Part shown: positions 30,203 through 39,085 of the stretch, one piece after another
Layout of the letters: every line of letters begins with the position of its first letter
How positions within the stretch are numbered: the first letter of the stretch is position 1
Source of the DNA: Candidatus Anstonellaceae archaeon
GTDB taxonomy: Archaea; Micrarchaeota; Micrarchaeia; Anstonellales; Anstonellaceae
Direction of reading: 5' to 3'
Length of the DNA stretch: 64,000 nt
Assembly (NCBI GenBank): GCA_038891035.1
Contig: JAWAEW010000005.1
Coordinates: forward strand, 1,425 to 65,424
Position numbers and translations under genes: made by a program
Notes under the pieces: generated by a model
Database searches by the model: none
Seen by the model: only the letters and a program-made list of their open reading frames with translations
What the model was told of the DNA's origin: nothing

Positions 30203-31481
30203 GTCTGTCTCTGTCCTCCGCCCATCTCTTGCCAATGTCTGTGCGATAAAAAAGGTTGGGAATTATGATGTTTTTGACTCGATTGTATGCCACTTTTCTT
30301 GCTTCTTCCATGGTGGTTCCTGATCCGGTGACCACCAGTGCATAGCCGCTGTTGCCTGCAAGCTTCCAGTCGCCCTCATCCAGCTTGACATCTCCAAGAT
30401 GTATGCCTTCAAAGCTTGGCTTTTTGAATATGATGGATGCATCCTCCGAATATCTCTTGAATGCATCAGGGTCGCGGAAAGGGAAGGGTGGCACTGCAAT
30501 CACCACCCCAACTTCAAACGCCCTCTTAGTCCGAAACTCTGGTCTTTCACCCTTTGCAATACCATAAAGGAATTGCCCCCATTCAGAAAGCACTCCTTCC
30601 ATCATTATGCTTATGTGCGGGTATCCAAACCTGCTGGTGAATTCAAGCGGATAAATGCCGCGTGAGTTTACAATGCAGTTCAAATCAATGTAACCAACAT
30701 ATCCTGATTGCGCAAGCTTTTCTTTCATTTTGCCCAAGGTAGCATTAAATAATGGGCTGTTTTGCACAAAAAACATGGAAGTCCCCATTTCACCTGTGGA
30801 TGGCCCTATGTCTCCAGGAAACATCCGTTTGTGCTCAAAGTTCACATTTACAGGACTTGCAAATTCCTTTCCATTGAAAAAGGCCCCGACTGCAACTTCC
30901 ACTCCGGATATGTATTTCTGAAGCTGAAACTCCTTTATCTTCTTGCTCCATACTTTCTTGTAGCGATTGAGCATTTCCAATATATCTTTGCCGTCATCTT
31001 CTTGCCCAACAAAAAGTAACTCTTTTTCATTTTGTGCAAGCCCTGAAGGCTTCAGGACATATCTGTCTGGATTTGATTTTATGAATTCTATTGCATCGTC
31101 AAAAGAGTTGAAAATCCATTGAGGTATTATTGAAATGCCAACAGATTCCAGCTCTTTTTGGCCAAATTGCCTATCCAGCTCAAGCTTGTCAGTGTATGCG
31201 CTTCCACCTACAACTAGTTTCCCCTCCTTTCTAAGCTCATCTGCCTCTTTTCCAAATCCAACGTCGTCAAAAACAATCACGTCTGCCCAACTGACTTCGC
31301 TTTTCCAGTCCTCGCATTTTTCCACAAATCCGTCGCAGACATCCTTTTGCTCCTTGTGGTGAATGTAGTATTTTGCCTCGTACCCTTCTTTTTTTATCTG
31401 CCAGGCCAAATCTCCAATTAGTGCATCGAATGAGACAAAAAGAAACTTCAACTTCTTCTTTTCTGCATTGTTGTTTGTCAC
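30180..31481 (-). CDS. Divergent PurD-like ATP-grasp ligase
   Basis: VLKPSG, GVEV, EHKRMFPGDIGPSTGEMG, EFTSRFGYP, YRTDIG; lacks N-terminal GxGGREH. Confidence 0.75.
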   Translation of the reverse strand: MTNNNAEKKKLKFLFVSFDALIGDLAWQIKKEGYEAKYYIHHKEQKDVCDGFVEKCEDWKSEVSWADVIVFDDVGFGKEADELRKEGKLVVGGSAYTDKLELDRQFGQKELESVGISIIPQWIFNSFDDAIEFIKSNPDRYVLKPSGLAQNEKELLFVGQEDDGKDILEMLNRYKKVWSKKIKEFQLQKYISGVEVAVGAFFNGKEFASPVNVNFEHKRMFPGDIGPSTGEMGTSMFFVQNSPLFNATLGKMKEKLAQSGYVGYIDLNCIVNSRGIYPLEFTSRFGYPHISIMMEGVLSEWGQFLYGIAKGERPEFRTKRAFEVGVVIAVPPFPFRDPDAFKRYSEDASIIFKKPSFEGIHLGDVKLDEGDWKLAGNSGYALVVTGSGTTMEEARKVAYNRVKNIIIPNLFYRTDIGKRWAEDRDRLTMWGYL

Positions 31482-31554
31482 TTGAATGATTTTGCAGAAA
31501 TTGTTTTTAGTGAGTGTGTTACATTTGGAACTTGTCGCCTTTTTTGAAAATAGG

Positions 31555-31605
31555 TGTTAATTTGGTATTAACATTTAAAAACCCTATGTTAATATGATAT
31601 TAACA
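31555..31605 (+). promoter_or_regulatory. hsp20 promoter: TATA box flanked by two TGTTAAT-N5-ATTAACA palindromes
   Basis: Palindromes at 31555-31573 and 31587-31605; TTTAAAAA at 31574-31581. Confidence 0.75.
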
Positions 31606-31629
31606 GTAGCATCTTGCGGAGGTGAGAAT

Positions 31630-32052
31630 ATGGTTGGGCTAGTGAGGTGGAAACCGTTCCATGACTTTGGGCTCGAAAGATTCTTTGAGGATGACTTCCC
31701 GTTCTTTCCTGGAAGATCTGGATTTACCGACCTTGCAACTGATGTCTATGATGATGGCAACAACATCGTTGTCAAGATGAATGCACCTGGCTTCCAGGGA
31801 GATGCGATTGACATAACCTTTGAAGGCAACTATCTGAAAGTGACTGGCCAGCGCAAAGAAGAGAAAGAAGAAAAGCAGAAAAATTACTACTGCAAAGAAA
31901 TCCACTCTGGCTCATTTGAACGCCTAATAAGACTCCCAACTGCAGTAAAGGCAGAAAAGGCAGAGGCAGAATACAAGGACGGGGTACTCAAAATAGTCGT
32001 CCCAAAAGAAGAGCCCAAAGGCACTAAAGTAAAAGTAAAGGTCAAAAACTAA
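31630..32052 (+). CDS. Small heat-shock protein (Hsp20/alpha-crystallin)
   Basis: SD GGAGGTGA; EIHSGSFERLIRLP, AEYKDGVLKIVVPK. Confidence 0.93.
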   Translation: MVGLVRWKPFHDFGLERFFEDDFPFFPGRSGFTDLATDVYDDGNNIVVKMNAPGFQGDAIDITFEGNYLKVTGQRKEEKEEKQKNYYCKEIHSGSFERLIRLPTAVKAEKAEAEYKDGVLKIVVPKEEPKGTKVKVKVKN

Positions 32053-32055
32053 GCA

Positions 32056-32072
32056 CCCCCTTTTTTTATTTT
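32056..32072 (+). terminator. Oligo-T terminator after hsp20
   Basis: CCCCC followed by TTTTTTTATTTT just after the stop codon. Confidence 0.55.
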
Positions 32073-32278
32073 AGTTTTATTTAACACGAACAAAAAAGCA
32101 TGTCTGGAGACTGAAATTCTGCTTTCTCTACTCTTGTTCAGGCAAAGTTAGGAATTTGAAGGACATTGGCTTGCTTGCTGCTTTCTGCCAACTGCTCTCA
32201 TAGGCAGCAGAGTTTGCAGCTTTCAGAAAAAAGTAGCAACCCAAAACTAATTTATATCTAAAATAGAAAAAGAATCTT

Positions 32279-32980
32279 ATGTCCAAGCGAACTTTTAGGA
32301 TAAAAAGTGCCACTTTTGGCATTTATCACCATGACTGCCAAACATCGGAGTCTTCAGAAAAATTCCCAGGGATAACACTGAAGCAGCTAAGCCCAGTAGT
32401 ATATCTTTCAAAAAAGAACTCTAAGCTGGACTACAGCCTTATTTGGGAGGTAGAGGCAAACTCACCATCAGAACTTGAAGAATATTTGCAATACGTGAAA
32501 AATGACCCGAGGACCATTCGCCTTCGCATACTTGAGAAAGGGAGGAATAATGCACTTATCTTGCTTCGCTTTCTTGGTACAAGCTCAACTTACGGCACAA
32601 TAATTTCCAACAAAGTAACTCTTACTTCCTTAGCCAGAGCAAAGGAAGGCTTTGAAACTTACAGTATTATCTCTGAAAAACCAAACTTCGTAAAAAAGAT
32701 GCTTGAAGAGCTATCGTGCATAGGCCAGGTAAAGATCTTAAGAGTCAGTGATTTTGACCCCAAGAAAGATCTTTTTGTGCCATCAATCACTGAGAAACAG
32801 GCAGAGGCGCTCAAGATCGCTCTTATTAACAACTACTACTCTTGGCCGAAAGGAACTACGCTGGAGCGCCTTGCTTCAATTGCAAAAATAAGCAGAAGGA
32901 GCATGCAGGAACGCCTAAGAAGGGCAGAGGCAAAACTACTTCCAGTCCTTCTGAAAGACTATCTGAAAAAGAAGCTGTAA
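32279..32980 (+). CDS. Transcriptional regulator with C-terminal Bat-type (HTH_10) domain
   Basis: ITEKQAEALKIAL..NYYSWPKGTTLERLASIAKISRRSMQERLRRAEAKL. Confidence 0.88.
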   Translation: MSKRTFRIKSATFGIYHHDCQTSESSEKFPGITLKQLSPVVYLSKKNSKLDYSLIWEVEANSPSELEEYLQYVKNDPRTIRLRILEKGRNNALILLRFLGTSSTYGTIISNKVTLTSLARAKEGFETYSIISEKPNFVKKMLEELSCIGQVKILRVSDFDPKKDLFVPSITEKQAEALKIALINNYYSWPKGTTLERLASIAKISRRSMQERLRRAEAKLLPVLLKDYLKKKL

Positions 32981-33010
32981 TTGGACATATGCCCAAAATA
33001 TCATTTTAAG
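32981..33010 (+). promoter_or_regulatory. Near-palindromic candidate operator upstream of TATA of paralog C
   Basis: TTGGACATATGCCCAA 32981-32996 (one mismatched pair); TTTTAAG 33004-33010. Confidence 0.5.
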
Positions 33011-33040
33011 TGCCGTTGGCGTTTTATTTTATGTGAAAAC

Positions 33041-34627
33041 ATGGAGAGGTCAGATGATATTCAAGATATTATTGAAAAAAGATGGAGCGGCACCTGCAAA
33101 GTTGTTTTTGGGCAGGAAATTGGATCTATCAGGGATTACACCCGATGGCTAAAGGAAAAGATTGAGCCTATTGTAATTCGCACCTCGTCTATATCTGGAA
33201 AGAAGGTTGCATATGCGATTCCGAACTATTCAGAAAACTCAAAGTGGATTGGACTTGAAGAAATAGGAAACAGCAAATTTCCTCCTCTTTCCATAAATGA
33301 AATAAAAGACATAGAAAGTATTGTGTCTGCAATCAAAGATAGGATCTATTACACTGGCAACATAGTCCTTGGAAATTCAGGCTTTATATACGAAAGCTCT
33401 AGCATTTCAGATTCATTTTACATGTACCATACAGGAAAATTTGGAGATTCTAAATACCTCGCATTTTGCACCCTTGGAAGGCTTTGTGAAGATTGCTTTG
33501 GATGCAATGGGATTGGTGAAAGCCACTTTTGCATTAAAGCATATGAAACTTTCAGAGTCAAGCGGTCATTTGAATTTTGGATGGGACAGAATTGCTCGGA
33601 CTGCTACTATACTCATAATCTTTCTGGATGCTCTGATTGTATTTTCTCGTTCAATCTGAAAAACAAACACTTTGCAATTGGAAATTGCACATTACCAAAA
33701 GATAAATACCTCAGCATAAAAAATTCTCTTCTTGAGCAGCTGAGAGATTGGCTTATTAGGAAGAAAAGGGCACCTTCGTTGCTGGACCTTATTCCACTTT
33801 CAATCCCTCCAAAATTGCCAAGACTGGCAGCAGAAAGCAAGAATTCAAAAGTAAGCGACCTTGGACCGATAGAGGAAGGGTTTGCGAAAACTTGCCAAAT
33901 AATCTTTGGAAAAAGACTTTCAGGCAAGCTGGACGATTATGCTGATTGGCTTTCCAAGCATGTCAGAAAACACCAGAAACTTCACTCTGCAATAAGCGGG
34001 GAGCAGGTTTGCAGATGGGATTACTCAAATTATTTCATGCTGCCCCAAGAAAGAATTGTTTCCCAGGGTGAGGCTCTTGCGCTCGGTGAAATCCTTGCTC
34101 TTTCAAAAGATGAGATAGATACCATCTCTCTCAACAATGTAGGGGGAGTTTTAGGCAAAATTGCATTTTTCTCAACAGAATATGCAGAAGGGACAAACAT
34201 AAATGTAATAGATTGCCCTACTCCAACTCAGTCCTCAAACTGCTACCGCACTTCCCCTGTTGTCTATTCGAAATATTGCGCTTATTCTTTTTGGCCAAGA
34301 AGCTCACAGTATATTTTTGGCTCAAATGCAATATTTGACTCTGAGTTTTGTATCCACTGCTACCATTCAGTAAAGCTTAAGCGTTGTTTTGAGATGGATT
34401 CCTGCAACTCATGCTATAACTCATATTTCTGCCACAATTGCGAAAATGTAAGCGACAGCATGTTTTGCTTCAACGCCAAAAACTTGCGCTATGCAATAGG
34501 AAATGTAGAGGTCGGGCAGGAACAATTTCTTAAAATAAAAAATCTGCTTCTCTCAAAGATTCTTGCAGAGCTTGAGGCAAAGAAAAAATTCGATTTAAAC
34601 ATATACAATATAGGACAGAAAAAATAA
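33041..34627 (+). CDS. Cys-rich internally duplicated protein, paralog C
   Basis: Same two-unit architecture; ATG 33041. Confidence 0.8.
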   Translation: MERSDDIQDIIEKRWSGTCKVVFGQEIGSIRDYTRWLKEKIEPIVIRTSSISGKKVAYAIPNYSENSKWIGLEEIGNSKFPPLSINEIKDIESIVSAIKDRIYYTGNIVLGNSGFIYESSSISDSFYMYHTGKFGDSKYLAFCTLGRLCEDCFGCNGIGESHFCIKAYETFRVKRSFEFWMGQNCSDCYYTHNLSGCSDCIFSFNLKNKHFAIGNCTLPKDKYLSIKNSLLEQLRDWLIRKKRAPSLLDLIPLSIPPKLPRLAAESKNSKVSDLGPIEEGFAKTCQIIFGKRLSGKLDDYADWLSKHVRKHQKLHSAISGEQVCRWDYSNYFMLPQERIVSQGEALALGEILALSKDEIDTISLNNVGGVLGKIAFFSTEYAEGTNINVIDCPTPTQSSNCYRTSPVVYSKYCAYSFWPRSSQYIFGSNAIFDSEFCIHCYHSVKLKRCFEMDSCNSCYNSYFCHNCENVSDSMFCFNAKNLRYAIGNVEVGQEQFLKIKNLLLSKILAELEAKKKFDLNIYNIGQKK

Positions 34628-34634
34628 TAATGAG

Positions 34635-34737
34635 CGCCTCGACCGGGAGTTTCGCTCGAAAGCTATCTGGCTTTTGTGGTTCGAACCCGGGTCGCGAGAT
34701 CGACAATCTCGAATGCTGACCACTACACCATCGAGGC
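34635..34737 (-). tRNA. tRNA-Asp(GTC) with 31-nt intron at non-canonical position 59/60 (intron 34649-34679)
   Basis: Acceptor GCCTCGA/TCGAGGC, discriminator G; anticodon arm CGAGA-TTGTCGA-TCTCG; T-arm CCGGG-TTCGAA[intron]T-CCCGG with BHB. Confidence 0.92.
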
Positions 34738-34747
34738 GCACCCACAA

Positions 34748-34855
34748 TCCCGCCAGTGTGATTTGAACACACAACATCCTGATGACTGCCAGCCCGATTG
34801 CTGACCGCCGTGCTTTTCTACAGCCAGGCGCTCTACCAGGTTGAGCTATGGCGGG
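34748..34855 (-). tRNA. tRNA-Tyr(GTA) with 34-nt canonical 37/38 intron (34784-34817)
   Basis: Acceptor CCCGCCA/TGGCGGG (C1-G72), discriminator A; BHB helix CTGT/GCAG; T-arm GTGTG-TTCAAAT-CACAC. Confidence 0.93.
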
Positions 34856-35010
34856 ATCGTGCTTGAAAGCTCTTATTTTCAATCTTTTTAAATTTGTTTC
34901 CTTGGAGCAGATGGGCTTTGCATGCATGAGCTTGAGTCCAATTTTGTATAAAAATATACATTTTTGTATCTTTTTATAAATCAATGCCATTAAAAATGCA
35001 AAGGATGAGA

Positions 35011-36312
35011 ATGGAAGTCAAAATCATTTTGGATGAAAATCAGGTTCCAAAAGATTTCTACAATATAGTGCCTGATTTGCCTGGCAAGCTTGATCCGCCA
35101 CTTCATCCAGCCACAGGCAAGCCGGTTTCGCCATCTGATTTCGAGCCGATATTTCCCAAGGAGCTCATAAGACAGGAAATGAGCCAGGAAAGATTCATCC
35201 CAATACCGGCACAAGTGCGCGATGCGCTTTTGGCTGCTGGAAGGCCAACGCCGCTTTTGAGGGCAAAAAGGCTGGAGAGATATCTGAAAACTCCTGCAAG
35301 GATATACTTCAAGCATGAAGGGCTTAACCCTTGCGGCTCACACAAGCCCAATACGGCGATTGCACAGGCTTATTATAATATGAAGGAGGGTGTGGAGAAG
35401 CTTTGCACTGAGACTGGGGCAGGTCAGTGGGGAACTGCGCTTGCATATGCAACCATGCTTTTCGGCTTAAAATGCGAGGTATTTATGGTTAAAGTCAGTT
35501 TTTCTCAGAAGCCATACAGAAAGCACATTATGGAAGTTTATGGGGCCACAGTACACCCATCCCCAAGTACCTACACTTCTTTTGGAAGAAAGGTGTTGGA
35601 GAGCCAGCCAGACCATGCAGGAAGCTTGGGAATAGCAATTTCTGAGGCGATCGAGAGGGTAGTTTCTGACCCACAGAAAAAATCCAAATATGCCCTTGGG
35701 TCGGTGCTGAATCATGTTCTGTTGCATCAAACTGTAATAGGGCAAGAAGTTTCTTGCCAGCTGAAGCTGGTGGATGAGGATCCGGATTTTGTGATAGGAT
35801 GCATTGGGGGTGGAAGTAATTTCGGCGGGTTTGCATTCCCTCTGCTTTATGAGAAAGCAAAAGGCAAAAATAACGCAAAGTTTATTGCAGTCGAGCCTGC
35901 CTCTTGCCCATCCACCACTAAAGGAGAGTACAAATATGATTATGGGGACACCGCAGGCATGACCCCTCTTTTGAAGATGTACACACTTGGAAAAGATTAC
36001 ATGCCTCCGTCAATTCATGCAGGTGGACTGCGCTACCATGGCATGGCCCCAACTGTTTCGCTCCTTATAAACAAGGGTTTGGTTGAGGCCCGTGCTTATG
36101 AGCAGAGGGAGGTGTTTGAAGCCGCGGTCTTGTTTGCACGTACCGAAGGAATTATTGCTGCTCCAGAATCTGCACATGCGATAAAGGCTGCAATTGATGT
36201 TGCACGGGATTGCAAAAGAAAAGGTCAGAAGAAAACGATTGTATTTAATCTGTCAGGGCATGGGCTGCTGGACATGTATGGTTATCAGCAATATTTAGAA
36301 GGAAAAATGTGA
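35011..36312 (+). CDS. trpB2: Tryptophan synthase beta, type 2
   Basis: [55 protein letters not shown]. Confidence 0.95.
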   Translation: MEVKIILDENQVPKDFYNIVPDLPGKLDPPLHPATGKPVSPSDFEPIFPKELIRQEMSQERFIPIPAQVRDALLAAGRPTPLLRAKRLERYLKTPARIYFKHEGLNPCGSHKPNTAIAQAYYNMKEGVEKLCTETGAGQWGTALAYATMLFGLKCEVFMVKVSFSQKPYRKHIMEVYGATVHPSPSTYTSFGRKVLESQPDHAGSLGIAISEAIERVVSDPQKKSKYALGSVLNHVLLHQTVIGQEVSCQLKLVDEDPDFVIGCIGGGSNFGGFAFPLLYEKAKGKNNAKFIAVEPASCPSTTKGEYKYDYGDTAGMTPLLKMYTLGKDYMPPSIHAGGLRYHGMAPTVSLLINKGLVEARAYEQREVFEAAVLFARTEGIIAAPESAHAIKAAIDVARDCKRKGQKKTIVFNLSGHGLLDMYGYQQYLEGKM

Positions 36313-36321
36313 GGTGGAAAA

Positions 36322-36507
36322 ATGCAAAGCCAAAAACAAAATTCGTCGGCCAGACAACTTCCTCAGCAAGCAAAATTTTTCAGAAAGCTGCTTGAAAAGG
36401 AAGAGTGTGGAGAAAGTGGCAGGCTGATGGAAGGAGTGCCAAGAAACCAGGTTCTGTATGAAAAGATGGCTGAGATAGTCAAGAAGAATCCTTTGCTTGG
36501 ATGTTAA
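36322..36507 (+). CDS. Small hypothetical protein
   Basis: SD GAGGTG; exactly fills the gap between trpB2 and fni. Confidence 0.5.
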   Translation: MQSQKQNSSARQLPQQAKFFRKLLEKEECGESGRLMEGVPRNQVLYEKMAEIVKKNPLLGC

Positions 36508-36508
36508 G

Positions 36509-37540
36509 CTAGCGAATAGCGTATGCAGAAGGAGAGAGGCCAAGCCGCTCCATTTGCTCTGCAGTATTGCCAAAAATCACAATTTTTGCCTTGGAAAGCG
36601 CACTCAAGTCCTTTGCTCCGCAAAGAAGCATAGTGGTTGCAAGCTCCTGCTTCCAGGTTGCAATTTCAAGTTGCGGGTTTTTTGATTTGATGAATGGGAG
36701 CGCAGCTGCTGCAAATGAAGCACCAAGGGCGATTGCTTTTGCCGCATCCAATCCGCTTCTTAAGCCCCCGCTTGCAATTGTAGGCAAAATGCCTGCACAT
36801 TGTGCAACACAGATTGCAGTTGGATTGCCCCACTCTGCAAATGTTGGCCTCTGCTTGCTTCGCAAATATTCTACCTTGCTCCAGGAAGTACCGCCTGTTC
36901 CAGAAACATCTACCATTTTCACTCCTGCCTTTTTGAGAGCATCGGCAGTCTGGCCAGAGATTCCGGCGCCTGTTTCCTTGACGATTACGGGCAGGCTGAT
37001 TTCATTGCAAAATTGCTCTATTTTTGCAAGAATACCTGAAAATTTCCTGTCTCCTTCGGGCTGCACCATTTCTTGAAGCGGATTTAGATGGATGGCAAGT
37101 GCATCTGCTTCCACTTTGTCCAATACTTCCTGCACTTTCGCTGGCTCGAAAAATGAAAGCTGGCATGCCCCAATATTTCCAATTATTGGAATGGATGGGG
37201 CTACTTTGCGCACTTTGTAGGTCGAAGCAGTTTCTGGATGCTCAAGCATAGCTCTCTGTGAGCCAAGCCCAAATGCGACCCCTTCCTTTTCTGCAGCAGC
37301 TGCAAGAGCAAGATTAATTGCCTTTGCACGAGGATATCCACCAGTCATGCCAGAAATTACAATTGGTGCAGCAAGCTTTTTGGAAAAAAATTTGCAAGTA
37401 AGGTCTATATCATTATAATCAATCTCTGGTAGTGAATTGTGCACAAACCGAATCTCCGAAAAGCCGCTGCTGGTGAAATATTCTACCTGCTTTTTCATTG
37501 CAGCATCCACATGTTGCTTCTTGCGAGTTTTTATTTTCAT
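36509..37540 (-). CDS. fni: Isopentenyl-diphosphate delta-isomerase type 2
   Basis: RKKQH, SGMTGG, GSQR, HLNPLQE, KETGAG, GGTSW. Confidence 0.95.
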   Translation of the reverse strand: MKIKTRKKQHVDAAMKKQVEYFTSSGFSEIRFVHNSLPEIDYNDIDLTCKFFSKKLAAPIVISGMTGGYPRAKAINLALAAAAEKEGVAFGLGSQRAMLEHPETASTYKVRKVAPSIPIIGNIGACQLSFFEPAKVQEVLDKVEADALAIHLNPLQEMVQPEGDRKFSGILAKIEQFCNEISLPVIVKETGAGISGQTADALKKAGVKMVDVSGTGGTSWSKVEYLRSKQRPTFAEWGNPTAICVAQCAGILPTIASGGLRSGLDAAKAIALGASFAAAALPFIKSKNPQLEIATWKQELATTMLLCGAKDLSALSKAKIVIFGNTAEQMERLGLSPSAYAIR

Positions 37541-37591
37541 AGCTTCAGCCAACACATAGGAATTTTAAATTCCTTTGCAAATTTGGAAAGT

Positions 37592-38227
37592 ATGGCGAAG
37601 GCTTTTGAACTAATTGAAGAAAGAGCGATCTACATTTTTGTGGTTATCCTTCTTGGTTGCATAATACTTGTAGTGTGGTTATTTCACAGTGGAAAAATCG
37701 ATGTGGAAGCTGCACGAATATACCTTCAAGCCTTGACCGGCATTGCCACTCTTGCGCTGCTTTATTTTGCATATTTCAATGTGATGTCAAAAAAAGAAGA
37801 AGATACTGCACGGCTGGAGCTTGCAGTCAGGCCAATTCTAGTATGGGAACTTCAAAGCAAAAATAGTGGTGCGGAATTCATCTATAAGGCACTAAAACAT
37901 CCAATTTACGATTTGCAGGCAAGTATCCAGCTTAACAACGAGATAATGCGCATCGAGGAGAGGCATTTGGATGCCGCAGATAGCAACCCTTGGGCAGAAA
38001 GGAAAATTGAACTTGGCTCATTTATTTTGAAGGGATTGGGAAAGAACAATGAAGGCACTATTAGGATTAGGTTTTCGTATCACTCAGAAGTTGGAGGAAA
38101 ATATGAATTTTCATTCACAAAAGAAGTGGTGCGCAAGCAGAAAGGATTTCTGTTTCAGCATCGCAAGATAGTATCTGCAAAATACCCTTGGAAGCAAAAG
38201 GAAATAGAATTTTCCAACGACTTATGA
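37592..38227 (+). CDS. Hypothetical membrane protein (2 TM plus beta-rich domain)
   Basis: ATG 37592, 22 nt downstream of TATA; two hydrophobic helices. Confidence 0.7.
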   Translation: MAKAFELIEERAIYIFVVILLGCIILVVWLFHSGKIDVEAARIYLQALTGIATLALLYFAYFNVMSKKEEDTARLELAVRPILVWELQSKNSGAEFIYKALKHPIYDLQASIQLNNEIMRIEERHLDAADSNPWAERKIELGSFILKGLGKNNEGTIRIRFSYHSEVGGKYEFSFTKEVVRKQKGFLFQHRKIVSAKYPWKQKEIEFSNDL

Positions 38228-39034
38228 GATTGCAAGCGAAGCATAAGCCACTACGCTTTCGAAATCACCTGAGGTTTGCCCGGAGTTTGTGTAGTTGAGA
38301 AGCTCGCATTTTTTTGCGCTCGCATATTTTGCATAATGAAGCGCTGCAGCAATAGGTCCATGCCCGCAAATCGAAAGGTTTTCTCTTTCCACTATCTGCT
38401 GAAATCCTGCTTCGTCAAGAGAAAGCAGGAATTTGATTGCTTTCATGTCTTTGTTTTCTGCAATCTTTGCAGGCTCATAATGCGTAAAATCTGAGGAGGC
38501 AACCACTAGGATGTCTCTTTTTGTTTTTTTTGCAGCCTCAAAAATTGCCCGTCCTAAATCCTGCGATGAGGGCAAATCCTGCCAACCCATGCAGATACTT
38601 ACGATCTTCGAGGAAGAAGAGCAAAGCTGCAAGAAAGGAATCTGCACTTCGCAGGAATGCTCATAAAAATGCGCCTGCTCGTCTTTGCGTGCGATTTTGC
38701 TGCAGGAAACGATCGCCTGCGCAAGCTCCAGGTCGCAGCCTACAACCCCAAGCGGGGTCTGCCAATCCTCAAAAGAGACGGAAATAGGAAGCCCAAGGCC
38801 TGTGTGGTTTGGGCCAATGATTACAACTGAGAGGTTCTTTTTGGACCAATTAGAGCAAGCAGCGTAAGAATAAGCAGCACACCTGCCAGAATAGATATAG
38901 CCTGCATGCGGAGAAATGATTGCGATGCGTTGTGAAGGTTTAACTTCAGCCTCCTCAAGAAAGTTTTTCACCATTTGCCTCAGCTGGTGTGCGGAGGATG
39001 GATAAAAGCTTCCTGCAACAGCTGGATGCCTCAT
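38222..39034 (-). CDS. MEMO1-family protein (AmmeMemoRadiSam protein B)
   Basis: RHPAVAGSFYP, PHAGYIYSG, GPNH, EHSCEVQ, SSDFTHY, CGHGP. Confidence 0.93.
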   Translation of the reverse strand: MRHPAVAGSFYPSSAHQLRQMVKNFLEEAEVKPSQRIAIISPHAGYIYSGRCAAYSYAACSNWSKKNLSVVIIGPNHTGLGLPISVSFEDWQTPLGVVGCDLELAQAIVSCSKIARKDEQAHFYEHSCEVQIPFLQLCSSSSKIVSICMGWQDLPSSQDLGRAIFEAAKKTKRDILVVASSDFTHYEPAKIAENKDMKAIKFLLSLDEAGFQQIVERENLSICGHGPIAAALHYAKYASAKKCELLNYTNSGQTSGDFESVVAYASLAIS

Positions 39035-39085
39035 AAGAATAATTGGAATCGCTAAATTTATAAGTTTCAGACAAGAAAGGCAAGC

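Noticed and set aside
32128..32322. 64-aa minus-strand ORF between hsp20 and the HTH_10 gene
   Set aside because: Overlaps the regulator's start and promoter; no SD or motif
16302..34627. Cys-rich paralogs as diversity-generating retroelement targets or recent duplications
   Set aside because: No reverse transcriptase or near-identical template/variable repeat pair seen; the paralogs are strongly diverged
34530..34990. ORFs 34530..34772 and 34595..34990
   Set aside because: They run through the two tRNA genes
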